This document shows positions 1 through 8,114 of a stretch of 32,000 nucleotides of DNA, one piece after another; within the stretch, counting starts at the first letter, position 1, and each line of letters opens with the position of its first letter. A program made the translations under genes and the position numbers. This DNA comes from an uncultured Opitutales bacterium (GTDB taxonomy: Bacteria; Verrucomicrobiota; Verrucomicrobiia; Opitutales; Intestinicryptomonadaceae): NCBI GenBank assembly GCA_934660865.1, contig CAKUIA010000012.1, forward strand, positions 622 through 32,621, in the 5' to 3' direction. The notes beneath the pieces are model-generated. The model did not search any database, was not told the DNA's origin, and worked only from the letters and a program-made list of their open reading frames with translations.

Positions 1-92
1 TTAAACGACTGCGCAACCAAAGCCACTATGGGCAGGTACATAAACGCCAAAACGAACAGCGCAATAAAAAGGGATGTATAGCGGTTTTTCAT
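1..92 (-). CDS. potC: Polyamine-type ABC transporter permease PotC, N-terminal fragment that continues beyond the window start
   Basis: The ATG at 92-90 overlaps the stop of the upstream permease (ATGA at 89-92). My manual translation is MKNRYTSLFIALFVLAFMYLPIVALVAQSF, which resembles the remembered E. coli PotC N-terminus (YLYIPIIILIVNSFN). It is the third gene after potA-potB. Confidence 0.6.
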   Translation of the reverse strand, partial: MKNRYTSLFIALFVLAFMYLPIVALVAQSF

Positions 93-976
93 TTCTTTGC
101 AACCGTTCCCGAAGCGGAACGCCCCTTAAACAACCCTTTCATTACACCGCCTTGGCGCACAAGCACAAGCAGCACGGGAATTGTAATTATAAGCCACAAT
201 ATGCCCGACAATGCCGCGGCCTCGGGCAGATTTCTGGCGGTGGAAACCCTGTAGGCGATTTTGTTGCCCAGCATTTCCGAATTTACGCCGCCTACCAAAT
301 CGGGAATTGCATACGAGCCCAATGCGGGAATTAAAACCACCAAAACCGCGGTTAAAACGCCCCTCTTTATGCCAGGCAAAAATATCTTTACAAAAGCCCC
401 GAAGCGCGAGGCGCCCAAGTCTCTTGCCGCCTCTAAAAGCGAAAAGTCGAACTTTTCGGCCGCGGCATATACTGGCAAAATCGCAAAGGGCAGACAGGTA
501 TATACCGTAACGATTATAACCGCCGTTATGTTGTTAAGCAAAAACACGTTGTCGGAAATAAGGCCGAGTTTAAGCAAACACCACCTAAGCCAGCCTTCGG
601 GCTGCAAAACCATTCGCCACGCGAAAATCCTTATAAGGAAGTTTGTCCAAAGCGGTATTATTATGAAAAGCAGATACCAGTTTCGGTATTTGGGTTTTTG
701 CTGGGCAATCCAGTAGCCGACGGGTATTGCAAGCAAAAGGCATATAAGCGTTACAACCAAGCTTACCCAAATTGTGCGCCACAAAACCACAACATAGTCG
801 GCGCGCACCACGTTCGATATTGTTTGAAGAGTCCAATAGTCGGAAATTCCGCCGTAGGCGTCGGCAACCTTAAAGGCTATTGCAAAAACCAAAAGGCTGG
901 GCACAACAAAAAACACAAGCAACCACAAAACAGACGGCCCCGTCAATAAAACTTCGGTCAACTTTTTTTTGCCCAT
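89..976 (-). CDS. potB: Spermidine/putrescine-type ABC transporter permease PotB
   Basis: This is ORF 89..1084 trimmed to the internal start MGKKKLTEVLL at 976, because the longer start would overlap potA. It is a multi-TM protein with the EAA-loop signature LLEAARDLGAS and the PLWTNFLIRIFAW segment, close to E. coli PotB (PFWTNSLIRIYG, LLEAARDLGAS). Confidence 0.8.
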   Translation of the reverse strand: MGKKKLTEVLLTGPSVLWLLVFFVVPSLLVFAIAFKVADAYGGISDYWTLQTISNVVRADYVVVLWRTIWVSLVVTLICLLLAIPVGYWIAQQKPKYRNWYLLFIIIPLWTNFLIRIFAWRMVLQPEGWLRWCLLKLGLISDNVFLLNNITAVIIVTVYTCLPFAILPVYAAAEKFDFSLLEAARDLGASRFGAFVKIFLPGIKRGVLTAVLVVLIPALGSYAIPDLVGGVNSEMLGNKIAYRVSTARNLPEAAALSGILWLIITIPVLLVLVRQGGVMKGLFKGRSASGTVAKK

Positions 977-1011
977 TGCTTTAGAAAGGCCTGCCGTTAA
1001 GTTTGCCACCG

Positions 1012-2118
1012 CTAATAGTCCTCTGTGTTGGGAAGCGTTGCAACGTCGTCGCGGTGCCACGCAATCCAAATCTTGTCGCCCCAAGTGGGCTGTTTCATGT
1101 CCAGATAGCAGCGGTTGTGCTGCCTCATAACGCTAACGCGAAAATCGTTTACCATTACCCAGTATTTGGTGTAGGCGCCCTGGTATACAACATCTACAAC
1201 CTCGGCCTGGACGGCGTTTAAGTCTTCCGAAACGTCGGGCTTGTGGTCGTATATTCTGAATTTTTCGGGGCGTATGCTTACTATTACCGAGTCGCCCACC
1301 GAAAGGTTGCGGTCGTCGAAAGACGAGAACACGCCGAGGCCCTTTAGGTCTACAATCTTGTACTGCTCGTCTATGCGCTGCGAAATTTTGCCCTCGAAGA
1401 AGTTTGTGTCGCCTATAAAGGAGGCCACAAATTTTGTTTTTGGGCTTTCGTAGATTTCGGCGGGAGTGCCTATCTGCTCTATGCGCCCGCCGTTCATAAC
1501 GGCAATGCGGTCGGAAAGGCTCATCGCCTCGTTTTGGTCGTGAGTTACGTATATAAAGGTAACGCCTACTTCGTCGTGAATGCGGTCTAGCTCAAGCAGC
1601 ATGTGCTGGCGAAGCTTTAAGTCTAATGCCGCCAAAGGCTCGTCCAACAAAAGCAGCTTGGGGCTGTTAATCAAAGCCCTTGCAATGGAAATTCTCTGTT
1701 TTTGGCCGCCCGAAATTGTGGAGGGCATTCTGTCGGAAAGGTCTTTAAGCCTTATTATTTCCAACATTTTTTCGACCTTGCGCACAACCTCGCTTTCGGG
1801 AATGCCCGCGGTTCTCGGGCCGAATGCTATGTTGTCGAATACCGTCATGTGGGGGAAAAGCGCGTAGTTTTGGAAAACCGTATTTATTTTGCGCTTGTTC
1901 GGCGGAAGGTCGGTTATGTCTTTGCCGTCCAGAAAAATCCTGCCGTTATCGGGTTCCTCGAAGCCGCCCGCCATTCTGAGAATGGTGGTTTTGCCGCACC
2001 CGCTGGGCCCCAACAAGGAAAATACTTCGCCGCATTTTACGTCTATGCTTACGCCTTTTACAACGTGGTTTGCGCCAAAATATTTGTCGATATTTTCAAG
2101 CCTGAAAAAAGATCCCAT
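1012..2118 (-). CDS. potA: Spermidine/putrescine-type ABC transporter ATP-binding protein PotA
   Basis: It has Walker A GPSGCGKTT, the ABC signature LSGGQKQR, Walker B LLLLDEP, FQNYALFPHMTV and a C-terminal TOBE-like region. It is followed by two permease genes. Confidence 0.85.
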   Translation of the reverse strand: MGSFFRLENIDKYFGANHVVKGVSIDVKCGEVFSLLGPSGCGKTTILRMAGGFEEPDNGRIFLDGKDITDLPPNKRKINTVFQNYALFPHMTVFDNIAFGPRTAGIPESEVVRKVEKMLEIIRLKDLSDRMPSTISGGQKQRISIARALINSPKLLLLDEPLAALDLKLRQHMLLELDRIHDEVGVTFIYVTHDQNEAMSLSDRIAVMNGGRIEQIGTPAEIYESPKTKFVASFIGDTNFFEGKISQRIDEQYKIVDLKGLGVFSSFDDRNLSVGDSVIVSIRPEKFRIYDHKPDVSEDLNAVQAEVVDVVYQGAYTKYWVMVNDFRVSVMRQHNRCYLDMKQPTWGDKIWIAWHRDDVATLPNTEDY

Positions 2119-2201
2119 TTCTTATAAAACAAGAAGAACGATAAGAATATATTTTTTTCCGTTTTTAAAGCTTTTTTTTGCCCTTTTTTAAAAAAATTTT
2201 T

Positions 2202-2216
2202 CGGGGACTTTCCCCG
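2202..2216 (-). terminator. Possible weak intrinsic terminator downstream of the ATP-grasp gene
   Basis: A CGGGGA-CTT-TCCCCG hairpin sits 54 nt past the stop at 2270. On the minus strand it is followed by AAAAAATTTTTTAAAAAAGGG, so the T-run is not immediately adjacent. A second GC hairpin, GCCGCG-TTTT-CGCGGC, lies at 2228-2243. Confidence 0.3.
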
Positions 2217-2269
2217 TCGGGTTTTAGGCCGCGTTTTCGCGGCAAAGCGCCGCGCGTTTTTGCCCTGTT

Positions 2270-3214
2270 TTAGCGGGCCAAAACGCAGTCGTCGAAGCGC
2301 GAAAAAAGCATATTTTCCCTGAAGGAATCGGCTATGCAAACGTCTTTGCCCTTTGCAATGTCGATTAAATGCCGCGGCAAATCCAAACCCGCATATACGC
2401 TCATGGGAGCCCCGCCGCCGAAACGCGCGTTTATTTCGGTAAAATATATTCCGCTTTCGTTCTTTATGCACTGAAGGGTAATTACCCCGAAAAATCTGAG
2501 TTTTTTTGCAATGTCTTTTACGGCGCTTTCTATTTGCGCGTCTTTAACGGTAAGCCCCTTTAAAACCTCGCCCGCGCGCACACTTAGGCGCCGCCTTGCG
2601 CCCATCGCCTTGAAGTTGCCGTTAAAATCGCAAAGCATATCCACCGTATATTCCTCGCCCGAAACAAACTCCTGCACAATGCAGTCTTTTACGTACTCCC
2701 TAAAAAACGAATACTGCTCGTAGTTGTTTGCCTTAAACGCGTTTACGGACGAGCTGCCCGCCCTCGGCTTTATGAACATCGGGTATTTTAGCCCCAAGCT
2801 GCCGCAGATGTCCGACGAAACCATTTTCGGACACTTTATATTGTTTTGCTCGAAAAAGGCTTGCGTTTTTACCTTGTCGGCGCAAATGCGCACGGTCTTA
2901 GGCGGCGAAACGCTTACGCGGCAATTCGCCTCGTCTAAAAAGCGTCGGACGTTGGCGGCAAGAATCTCAAGCTCGGTATCTATTGTGGGCACTAAAAGCC
3001 CCACATTTTCGGCCCTGCAGATGTCCAAAAGCTGCTCTATGTAGTTTCCGGAATCTATGCGCCCTACAACAAAGGGCTTGTCGCAAAACTTTAAAGCCGG
3101 CGCCGAATCTGAACAGTCGGCGCAAAAAACGCGGCCGTTGTCGGCAGCCTGCGCCCTTTTAAAAAGCCTTACTAGCTCTACCCTTCTGCCTGCACTTGTA
3201 ATCAATACGTTCAT
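2270..3214 (-). CDS. ATP-grasp domain ligase, carbamoyl-phosphate-synthase-L-like, of the type found in glycan or amino-acid ligation loci
   Basis: This is ORF 2270..3265 trimmed to MNVLITSAGRRVELV, the N-terminus typical of this family. ATP-grasp motifs are present: KYPMFIKPRAGSSS, IVQEFVSGEEYTVD and FTEINARFGGG. Confidence 0.7.
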   Translation of the reverse strand: MNVLITSAGRRVELVRLFKRAQAADNGRVFCADCSDSAPALKFCDKPFVVGRIDSGNYIEQLLDICRAENVGLLVPTIDTELEILAANVRRFLDEANCRVSVSPPKTVRICADKVKTQAFFEQNNIKCPKMVSSDICGSLGLKYPMFIKPRAGSSSVNAFKANNYEQYSFFREYVKDCIVQEFVSGEEYTVDMLCDFNGNFKAMGARRRLSVRAGEVLKGLTVKDAQIESAVKDIAKKLRFFGVITLQCIKNESGIYFTEINARFGGGAPMSVYAGLDLPRHLIDIAKGKDVCIADSFRENMLFSRFDDCVLAR

Positions 3215-3306
3215 AAGCGAAAATCTCTGCCAACTTTTGTACGCAAAAGCGAATATTGCAAGCATTTTAAGCGCAGCGGAACATACAGGGCAAAAACGCT
3301 GTCGAA

Positions 3307-4155
3307 GTGTATATTATGCAAAATCGTGACAAAAACGGCTTTTTGGAATACGCGGCGGCCTTAGCTCTTGTGTTGGCCGTTGTGCCGATTTTCGCCGAGC
3401 TTGTAAAAGCCTCGCTTGCGATTTCGCAGTTAAAAGACAGCGCCGTTATGGCACTGTTTTGCACGGCGCTCGTTTTTATCGAATACAGGGCGTCTTTGCG
3501 CAAAAGCCCCGCATTCGGCAAAGACGCGCTTATACTTATGGCAAGCGCCTATGTTCTTTTCTTTTGCGCAAAAATTACGCCTTTGGCGGCGTTGGCCGCG
3601 GCCGTTTTCGCCTTCGGGGCAATGCTTGCATTGTTTTTGCCAAAAGACGACATAAAAATAGCCTATTGCGTTGTGGCGGCATTTTCGGCATACTGCGTTT
3701 TGCTTTTCTTTTCGGGCTTTGCGGATTTGCCGCTTAGGCTTTTTGCCGCGGCGGGCGTGGAAAAACTAATGGCTCTTTTTTCGATAGACTGCACGCCGTA
3801 TATACTAAAGGGCGCAAGCCCCGTTGTAGTGCTGAACTTGCCGGACTACGGCAAGTTTACGGTGGCAACGCAGTGCAACGGGCTTTCGGCAATCTCGTCG
3901 GCTGCAATACTTGCCATATTTGCGGCGTTTCTTTCAAAGCGCGGGCGGCTGTTTACGGTTTTGTATGTGCCCTTTTGCGCCGCGCTTGCATACTTTGCAA
4001 ACTGCGTTAGAATTTGCATTGTAATTTTGCTAAAGCCGCATTTTGCGAACTACAATGCCATGCACGACATTGTAGGGTACTGCACGCTAACGCTTCTTTT
4101 GCTGTGCGTGTGGGCACTCGGCAAAATATTGGCAAAAAGGCAAATAATGGCTTGA
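3307..4155 (+). CDS. Exosortase/archaeosortase-family integral membrane protein (putative transpeptidase)
   Basis: This 282-aa polytopic hydrophobic protein has GTG at 3307 and an alternative ATG at 3316. Three motifs occur in the order and spacing I associate with the exosortase Cys/Arg/His triad: TQC190NGLS (3874-3876), ANCVR235I (4009-4011) and MH253DIVGY (4063-4065). Confidence 0.65.
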   Translation: MYIMQNRDKNGFLEYAAALALVLAVVPIFAELVKASLAISQLKDSAVMALFCTALVFIEYRASLRKSPAFGKDALILMASAYVLFFCAKITPLAALAAAVFAFGAMLALFLPKDDIKIAYCVVAAFSAYCVLLFFSGFADLPLRLFAAAGVEKLMALFSIDCTPYILKGASPVVVLNLPDYGKFTVATQCNGLSAISSAAILAIFAAFLSKRGRLFTVLYVPFCAALAYFANCVRICIVILLKPHFANYNAMHDIVGYCTLTLLLLCVWALGKILAKRQIMA

Positions 4156-4187
4156 TTTACACGAACAATAAATGGAATACTACCGCC

Positions 4188-5621
4188 ATGGCGAAAACAA
4201 CCCCCGAATTTCTTGCCGAGCTTGGAAAGCTCGTTAAAAAGTCGCTAATTAAAACCGACAAAGAATCGCTTTTTAAAGCCTCGTACGACAACACAAAACG
4301 CTCGTTTTTGCCCGACGCAGTAGTGTTTGTAAAAGACGCCGAAGAAGTCGGAAAAATACTAAAGCTTGCAAACAAATACAGGGTGCCGATAACGCCCAGG
4401 GGAGCGGGCACGGGCTGCAGCGGCGGGGCGCTGCCCTATTTTGGCGGCGTTGTTTTAGACTTTTCAAAATTCGACAAAATAACGATAGACCCCCTTACAA
4501 AAACGGCAACCGTGCAAAGCGGAGCGATAAACTGGAACGTAAACGAGCGGGCAAAAAAATTCGGGCTGTTCTATCCGCCCGACCCGTCCTCTACAAAATA
4601 TTCCACAATAGGCGGCAACATTGCCTGCAACGCCGGGGGCCTGCGCGCCTGCAAATACGGAACTACGCGCGACAACCTTATGTCGGCCGAGGGCTACCTG
4701 CCCAACGGCGACTTTGTAAAATTCGGGCTGCCCCTTAAAAAATTCAGCACCGGCTACAATTTAAAAGACCTGCTTTTGTGCTCGGAGGGCACTTTGGCGG
4801 TTATAACAAAGGCAACACTAAAGCTGAAAGACCTGCCAAAAGAAAAGCTTGCCTGCCTAAGCTTTTTCGAATCCGACGAAACGGCATTTAAGTGCATAGA
4901 AAGAATTTTAACAAGCCCGCTAAATCCCTCGATATTCGAATTTATGGACGCCGAAAGCGTCTCGGCAGCCGACATCTACGAGGGCAAAAAGGTTTTCGAC
5001 ACGAAACGGGCGGCAATTTTAATGGAGTTTGAGGGCGACAGCATTGCCGACATAAAAAAGTCTTTTGCCATTTTAAAGGGCATTGCAGGCTGCCAAAATT
5101 TTAGGTTTGCAAAAAACAAAGACGAATCGGAAAAACTTTGGCAACTTAGGCGCGACTGCAGCCAGGCGTCGTATATATACGGCAACTTCAAGCTTAACCA
5201 AGACATTGTCCTTCCCGCAAATTCGGTTGCAAAATACTTTAAAAAATTCAAGGCAACCTGCAAAAAGGAGGGCTTTGCAAGCCCTACTTTCGGGCACGCG
5301 GGCGACGGCAACTACCACCTGCACATTATGTGCAACGCCGGCGATACTGCGCGCAAACGGCTGGCCAAAGAGCTTATGGACCGCTTTATAGCCTACTGCG
5401 TAAAGCTCGGCGGAGCCGTTTCGGGCGAGCACGGACTGGGGCTTTTAAAGGCAAAATACCTGCCGATACAACATTCCCAAGCCGAAATAAAGGCAATGCA
5501 ATCGCTTAAAAAGGCTTTCGACAAAAACAATATTTTAAACGCCCGAAAGGTTTTGGGGCCAAAAAAACTTTCGAATTGCGAGCCCATTATTGGCTTGAAA
5601 TTGCCGTGGGAAAAAAGATAG
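4188..5621 (+). CDS. FAD-linked oxidase of the GlcD / D-lactate (D-2-hydroxyacid) dehydrogenase family
   Basis: This is ORF 4014..5621 trimmed to MAKTTPEFLAEL at 4188, because the upstream part overlaps the exosortase gene. It has the FAD-binding PCMH motifs PRGAGTGCSGGA and STIGGNIACNAGG, and the C-terminal GHAGDGNYHL...GGAVSGEHGLG. Confidence 0.75.
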   Translation: MAKTTPEFLAELGKLVKKSLIKTDKESLFKASYDNTKRSFLPDAVVFVKDAEEVGKILKLANKYRVPITPRGAGTGCSGGALPYFGGVVLDFSKFDKITIDPLTKTATVQSGAINWNVNERAKKFGLFYPPDPSSTKYSTIGGNIACNAGGLRACKYGTTRDNLMSAEGYLPNGDFVKFGLPLKKFSTGYNLKDLLLCSEGTLAVITKATLKLKDLPKEKLACLSFFESDETAFKCIERILTSPLNPSIFEFMDAESVSAADIYEGKKVFDTKRAAILMEFEGDSIADIKKSFAILKGIAGCQNFRFAKNKDESEKLWQLRRDCSQASYIYGNFKLNQDIVLPANSVAKYFKKFKATCKKEGFASPTFGHAGDGNYHLHIMCNAGDTARKRLAKELMDRFIAYCVKLGGAVSGEHGLGLLKAKYLPIQHSQAEIKAMQSLKKAFDKNNILNARKVLGPKKLSNCEPIIGLKLPWEKR

Positions 5622-5653
5622 CATACAACCGAAAACAAAGAACAGCACTTGTT

Positions 5654-6604
5654 ATGGATATAAGCGTAGTAATTCCCGTATACAACGAAGAAGGCAACCT
5701 CGAAGAGCTCTTTAAAAGACTTTGCGAATCTATGGACGCGATAGGGCGCAAATGGGAGGTTGTTTTTACCAACGACGGCAGCAAAGACCGTTCGGGCGAA
5801 ATATTGCGCCGCTTTTATTCCGAGCGCCCCGACATTGTAAGGGTTATAGATTTTAACGGAAATTTCGGCCAGCACACCGCAATTATTGCGGCTTTCGAAA
5901 AATGCAGGGGCGACGTTATCGTAACCTTGGACGCCGACTTGCAAAACCCGCCCGAGGAAATACGAAAACTCATAGAAAAAACCGACCAGGGCTACGACGC
6001 CGTAGGCGGCTACCGCAAGGTTAGGGAAGATTCGGCTTTCAGAAAATATGCGTCGAGATGCGTAAACTTTGTGCGCGAAAAGATGACCGACATTAGAATG
6101 AAAGACCAAGGCTGCATGCTAAGGGCCTACAAGCGCCACATTGTAGAGGCGATTTTAAGGTGCGACGAACGCTCCACTTTCATTCCGGCATTGGCGTATA
6201 AATTCGCGTCGAACCCGACCGATGTCGAGGTAGACCACGCGGCCCGCAAATGCGGCGAATCGAAATACAGCATATACAAGCTTATAAGGCTTAATTTCGA
6301 CCTTATAACGGGATTTACCACAATGCCCATACAGCTGTTTACGCTGTTCGGCTTTGCGTCGGCTTCGGGCAGCTTTTTGCTTGTTATAATTTTGCTTGCG
6401 CGCAGGTTCCTGCTGGGCAGCGAGGCCGAAGGCCTGTTTACGCTGTTTGCGATACTCTTCTTTTTAATAAGCATAGCCATTATAGGCATAGGCATTTTGG
6501 GCGAATATGTAGGCCGCATATACCAGGTTGTGCAGGCGCGCCCCAAATACATTATAAGAGACTACCTTTGCGCCGACAATACGTCGGCAACCCCCGAAAA
6601 ATAG
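5654..6604 (+). CDS. arnC: Undecaprenyl-phosphate 4-deoxy-4-formamido-L-arabinose transferase-like GT2 enzyme (ArnC family)
   Basis: This is ORF 5576..6604 trimmed to MDISVVIPVYNEE. There are long near-identical blocks to remembered E. coli ArnC: VVIPVYNE, TLDADLQNPPEEI, GCMLRAY.RHIV, ERSTFIP, GESKYS and LGEYVGRIY. Two C-terminal TM helices are present. Confidence 0.8.
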   Translation: MDISVVIPVYNEEGNLEELFKRLCESMDAIGRKWEVVFTNDGSKDRSGEILRRFYSERPDIVRVIDFNGNFGQHTAIIAAFEKCRGDVIVTLDADLQNPPEEIRKLIEKTDQGYDAVGGYRKVREDSAFRKYASRCVNFVREKMTDIRMKDQGCMLRAYKRHIVEAILRCDERSTFIPALAYKFASNPTDVEVDHAARKCGESKYSIYKLIRLNFDLITGFTTMPIQLFTLFGFASASGSFLLVIILLARRFLLGSEAEGLFTLFAILFFLISIAIIGIGILGEYVGRIYQVVQARPKYIIRDYLCADNTSATPEK

Positions 6605-7465
6605 ATGAAAAAAAAGATTGTATTTTTCGGGTTTAGCGAAGTCGGGTACGACTGTTTAAAGCTTTTGCTGGAAAACCCGCTTTGCCAGGTTTGCGCCGTG
6701 TTTACCCACGACACAGACCCCCACGAAAAGCAGTGGTTTAAAACCTGCGAAGAGCTTGCAAAACAAAACAACATACCCGTATACAAACCCCTTTCGCTTA
6801 AAGACGGCGCCTACGACGACATCGTAAAAAACATAGCGCCCGATTTGATATTGTCGCTTTACTACCGCAATTTCATTCCCGAAAGCATATTCAGCCGGGC
6901 AAAGCTCGGCGCATACAACATGCACGGCTCGTATCTGCCAAGATACAGGGGGCGAGCCCCCTTAAACTGGTCTATAATAAACGGCGAAAGCTACTGCGGG
7001 GTGTCGCTGCACACAATAGAAAAAGGCTTCGACACGGGGCTTATTGCCGACCAAGAAAAGGTTTTTATAGGCCCCAACGAATATGTTGGCGATGTTGTAG
7101 GCCGCGTAGCCGACGCGGCTGTGCTTGTTTTAAAACGCACATTGCCCTCGCTTTTAGACGGCACCGTAAAGCTTACCCCCCAAGACGAAAGCCTTGCAAC
7201 CTACTTCGGCAAAAGAAAGCCGGCCGACGGCCTTATAGATTTTAACAAGACGGCGCGCGAAGTTTTCAACCTTATAAGGGGAGTAAGCCGCCCGTTCCCG
7301 GGGGCGTTTACATATGTAGACGGCAAAAAGCTTGTTATATGGAAAGCCGAAATTACCGAAAAACACGGCGAAAATGCGGGCGTTTTAATTTCCGAAAACC
7401 CCTATGTTTTTGCCTGCAAAGACGCCGCCATTAAGGCGACCGATTTTGAATTTCAAACGGCTTAA
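6605..7465 (+). CDS. arnA: Stand-alone formyltransferase resembling the N-terminal (UDP-Ara4N formyltransferase) domain of ArnA
   Basis: The start codon directly abuts the arnC stop (TAGATG). It contains FTH.TDP, YYRN.I, NMHGSYLPRYRGRAPLNW and RPFPGAFTY, which parallel E. coli ArnA residues about 1-300. No C-terminal dehydrogenase/decarboxylase domain is present. Confidence 0.75.
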   Translation: MKKKIVFFGFSEVGYDCLKLLLENPLCQVCAVFTHDTDPHEKQWFKTCEELAKQNNIPVYKPLSLKDGAYDDIVKNIAPDLILSLYYRNFIPESIFSRAKLGAYNMHGSYLPRYRGRAPLNWSIINGESYCGVSLHTIEKGFDTGLIADQEKVFIGPNEYVGDVVGRVADAAVLVLKRTLPSLLDGTVKLTPQDESLATYFGKRKPADGLIDFNKTAREVFNLIRGVSRPFPGAFTYVDGKKLVIWKAEITEKHGENAGVLISENPYVFACKDAAIKATDFEFQTA

Positions 7466-7485
7466 ACTTAATGGGCAGTTAAATA

Positions 7486-7518
7486 AAAAAGAACGCGCCC
7501 AAAAGAGCGCGTTTTTCC
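7486..7518. terminator. Bidirectional Rho-independent terminator between the convergent arn-type and mre/mrdA operons
   Basis: The stem AACGCGC (7492-7498) pairs with GCGCGTT (7507-7513) around an 8-nt loop. It is flanked by an A-run on the left and a T-run on the right, so each strand reads hairpin plus U-tract. It lies in the 55-nt gap between the two convergent stops. Confidence 0.7.
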
Positions 7519-7520
7519 GT

Positions 7521-8102
7521 TTATTCTATCGAAACCGACGCTATGGGCACATATCTTAAAAGGTAAAAGCCCATGCTGTTTTCGAAGCTCTTTAGCACTT
7601 TTTCGACGTCCAACTTCCGCAACATTCTGCCCACTAAAACGCGCACGTCGTCAGACTCGTTAAAGCTAGATTTTAGCACATCAAAAGCGTCGGTGTCGCC
7701 CGTGGCCTTAAGGGCGGCAAGCGCATAGAGCTTGCCCTCTATATACTGCGCGTTTTTGTATACTTGCCTTATCGCTTCGCTTTGCGCTTTGGCGTCTTGG
7801 CAGTGAACTATAACCGCAAATGCCCTGCTTTGGTTTGTGGCATATTTGCCGAACTTTGCCGAAGTTAGTAGCGGCGTTTTCGCCAGAATTTTTACGGCGT
7901 CCGAAAGCGGCATTTCCTCGCTAGGATACATTTTGTCGGCGGGGGCTTTTTGAGTGGCTATAGGTTTTGCGCTTTCTACGCTTGCGGTCTTTTCCTTATG
8001 CACAACGCCAAGCGACGTGCCCGAAGAAGCGTTGTTTACCGAGATTTGCCCCATAAGCGAAACTGCGCACATAAGCGCCGCAAAAACAAGACTATGCTTC
8101 AT
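7521..8102 (-). CDS. Hypothetical secreted protein of 193 aa, the last gene of the mreBCD-mrdA operon
   Basis: It has an N-terminal signal-like segment (MKHSLVFAALMCAVSLMGQ), then a Ser/Ala/Lys-rich linker and an Ala/Leu/Lys-rich helical C-terminal part. I recognise no family motif. It starts 12 nt after the mrdA stop and is followed by the terminator. Confidence 0.55.
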   Translation of the reverse strand: MKHSLVFAALMCAVSLMGQISVNNASSGTSLGVVHKEKTASVESAKPIATQKAPADKMYPSEEMPLSDAVKILAKTPLLTSAKFGKYATNQSRAFAVIVHCQDAKAQSEAIRQVYKNAQYIEGKLYALAALKATGDTDAFDVLKSSFNESDDVRVLVGRMLRKLDVEKVLKSFENSMGFYLLRYVPIASVSIE

Positions 8103-8114
8103 ATAAACTCCTTT

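Noticed and set aside
2058-2471. A 137-aa Arg/Lys-rich minus-strand ORF spanning the potA/ATP-grasp intergenic region.
   Set aside because: It overlaps both the 5' end of potA and the 3' end of the ATP-grasp gene in other frames. Its extreme basic low-complexity composition comes from A/T runs and GC hairpins in the spacer, so it is most likely not coding.
4014-4187. Extended N-termini offered by the ORF track (4014 for the FAD oxidase, 5576 for arnC, 29680 for acnA, 1084 for potB, 3265 for the ATP-grasp gene, 23065 for the amidohydrolase).
   Set aside because: The extensions overlap the preceding gene or add non-homologous Cys/Arg-rich residues. Internal Met codons reproduce the family-typical N-termini and give sensible intergenic spacing.
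5393-6109. A 238-aa minus-strand ORF antisense to the FAD oxidase end and the arnC start, and similarly 15449-16150 antisense to the lysA end and the thioesterase/GT-C start.
   Set aside because: They have no recognisable motifs and span gene junctions of well-supported plus-strand genes. They are typical shadow ORFs.
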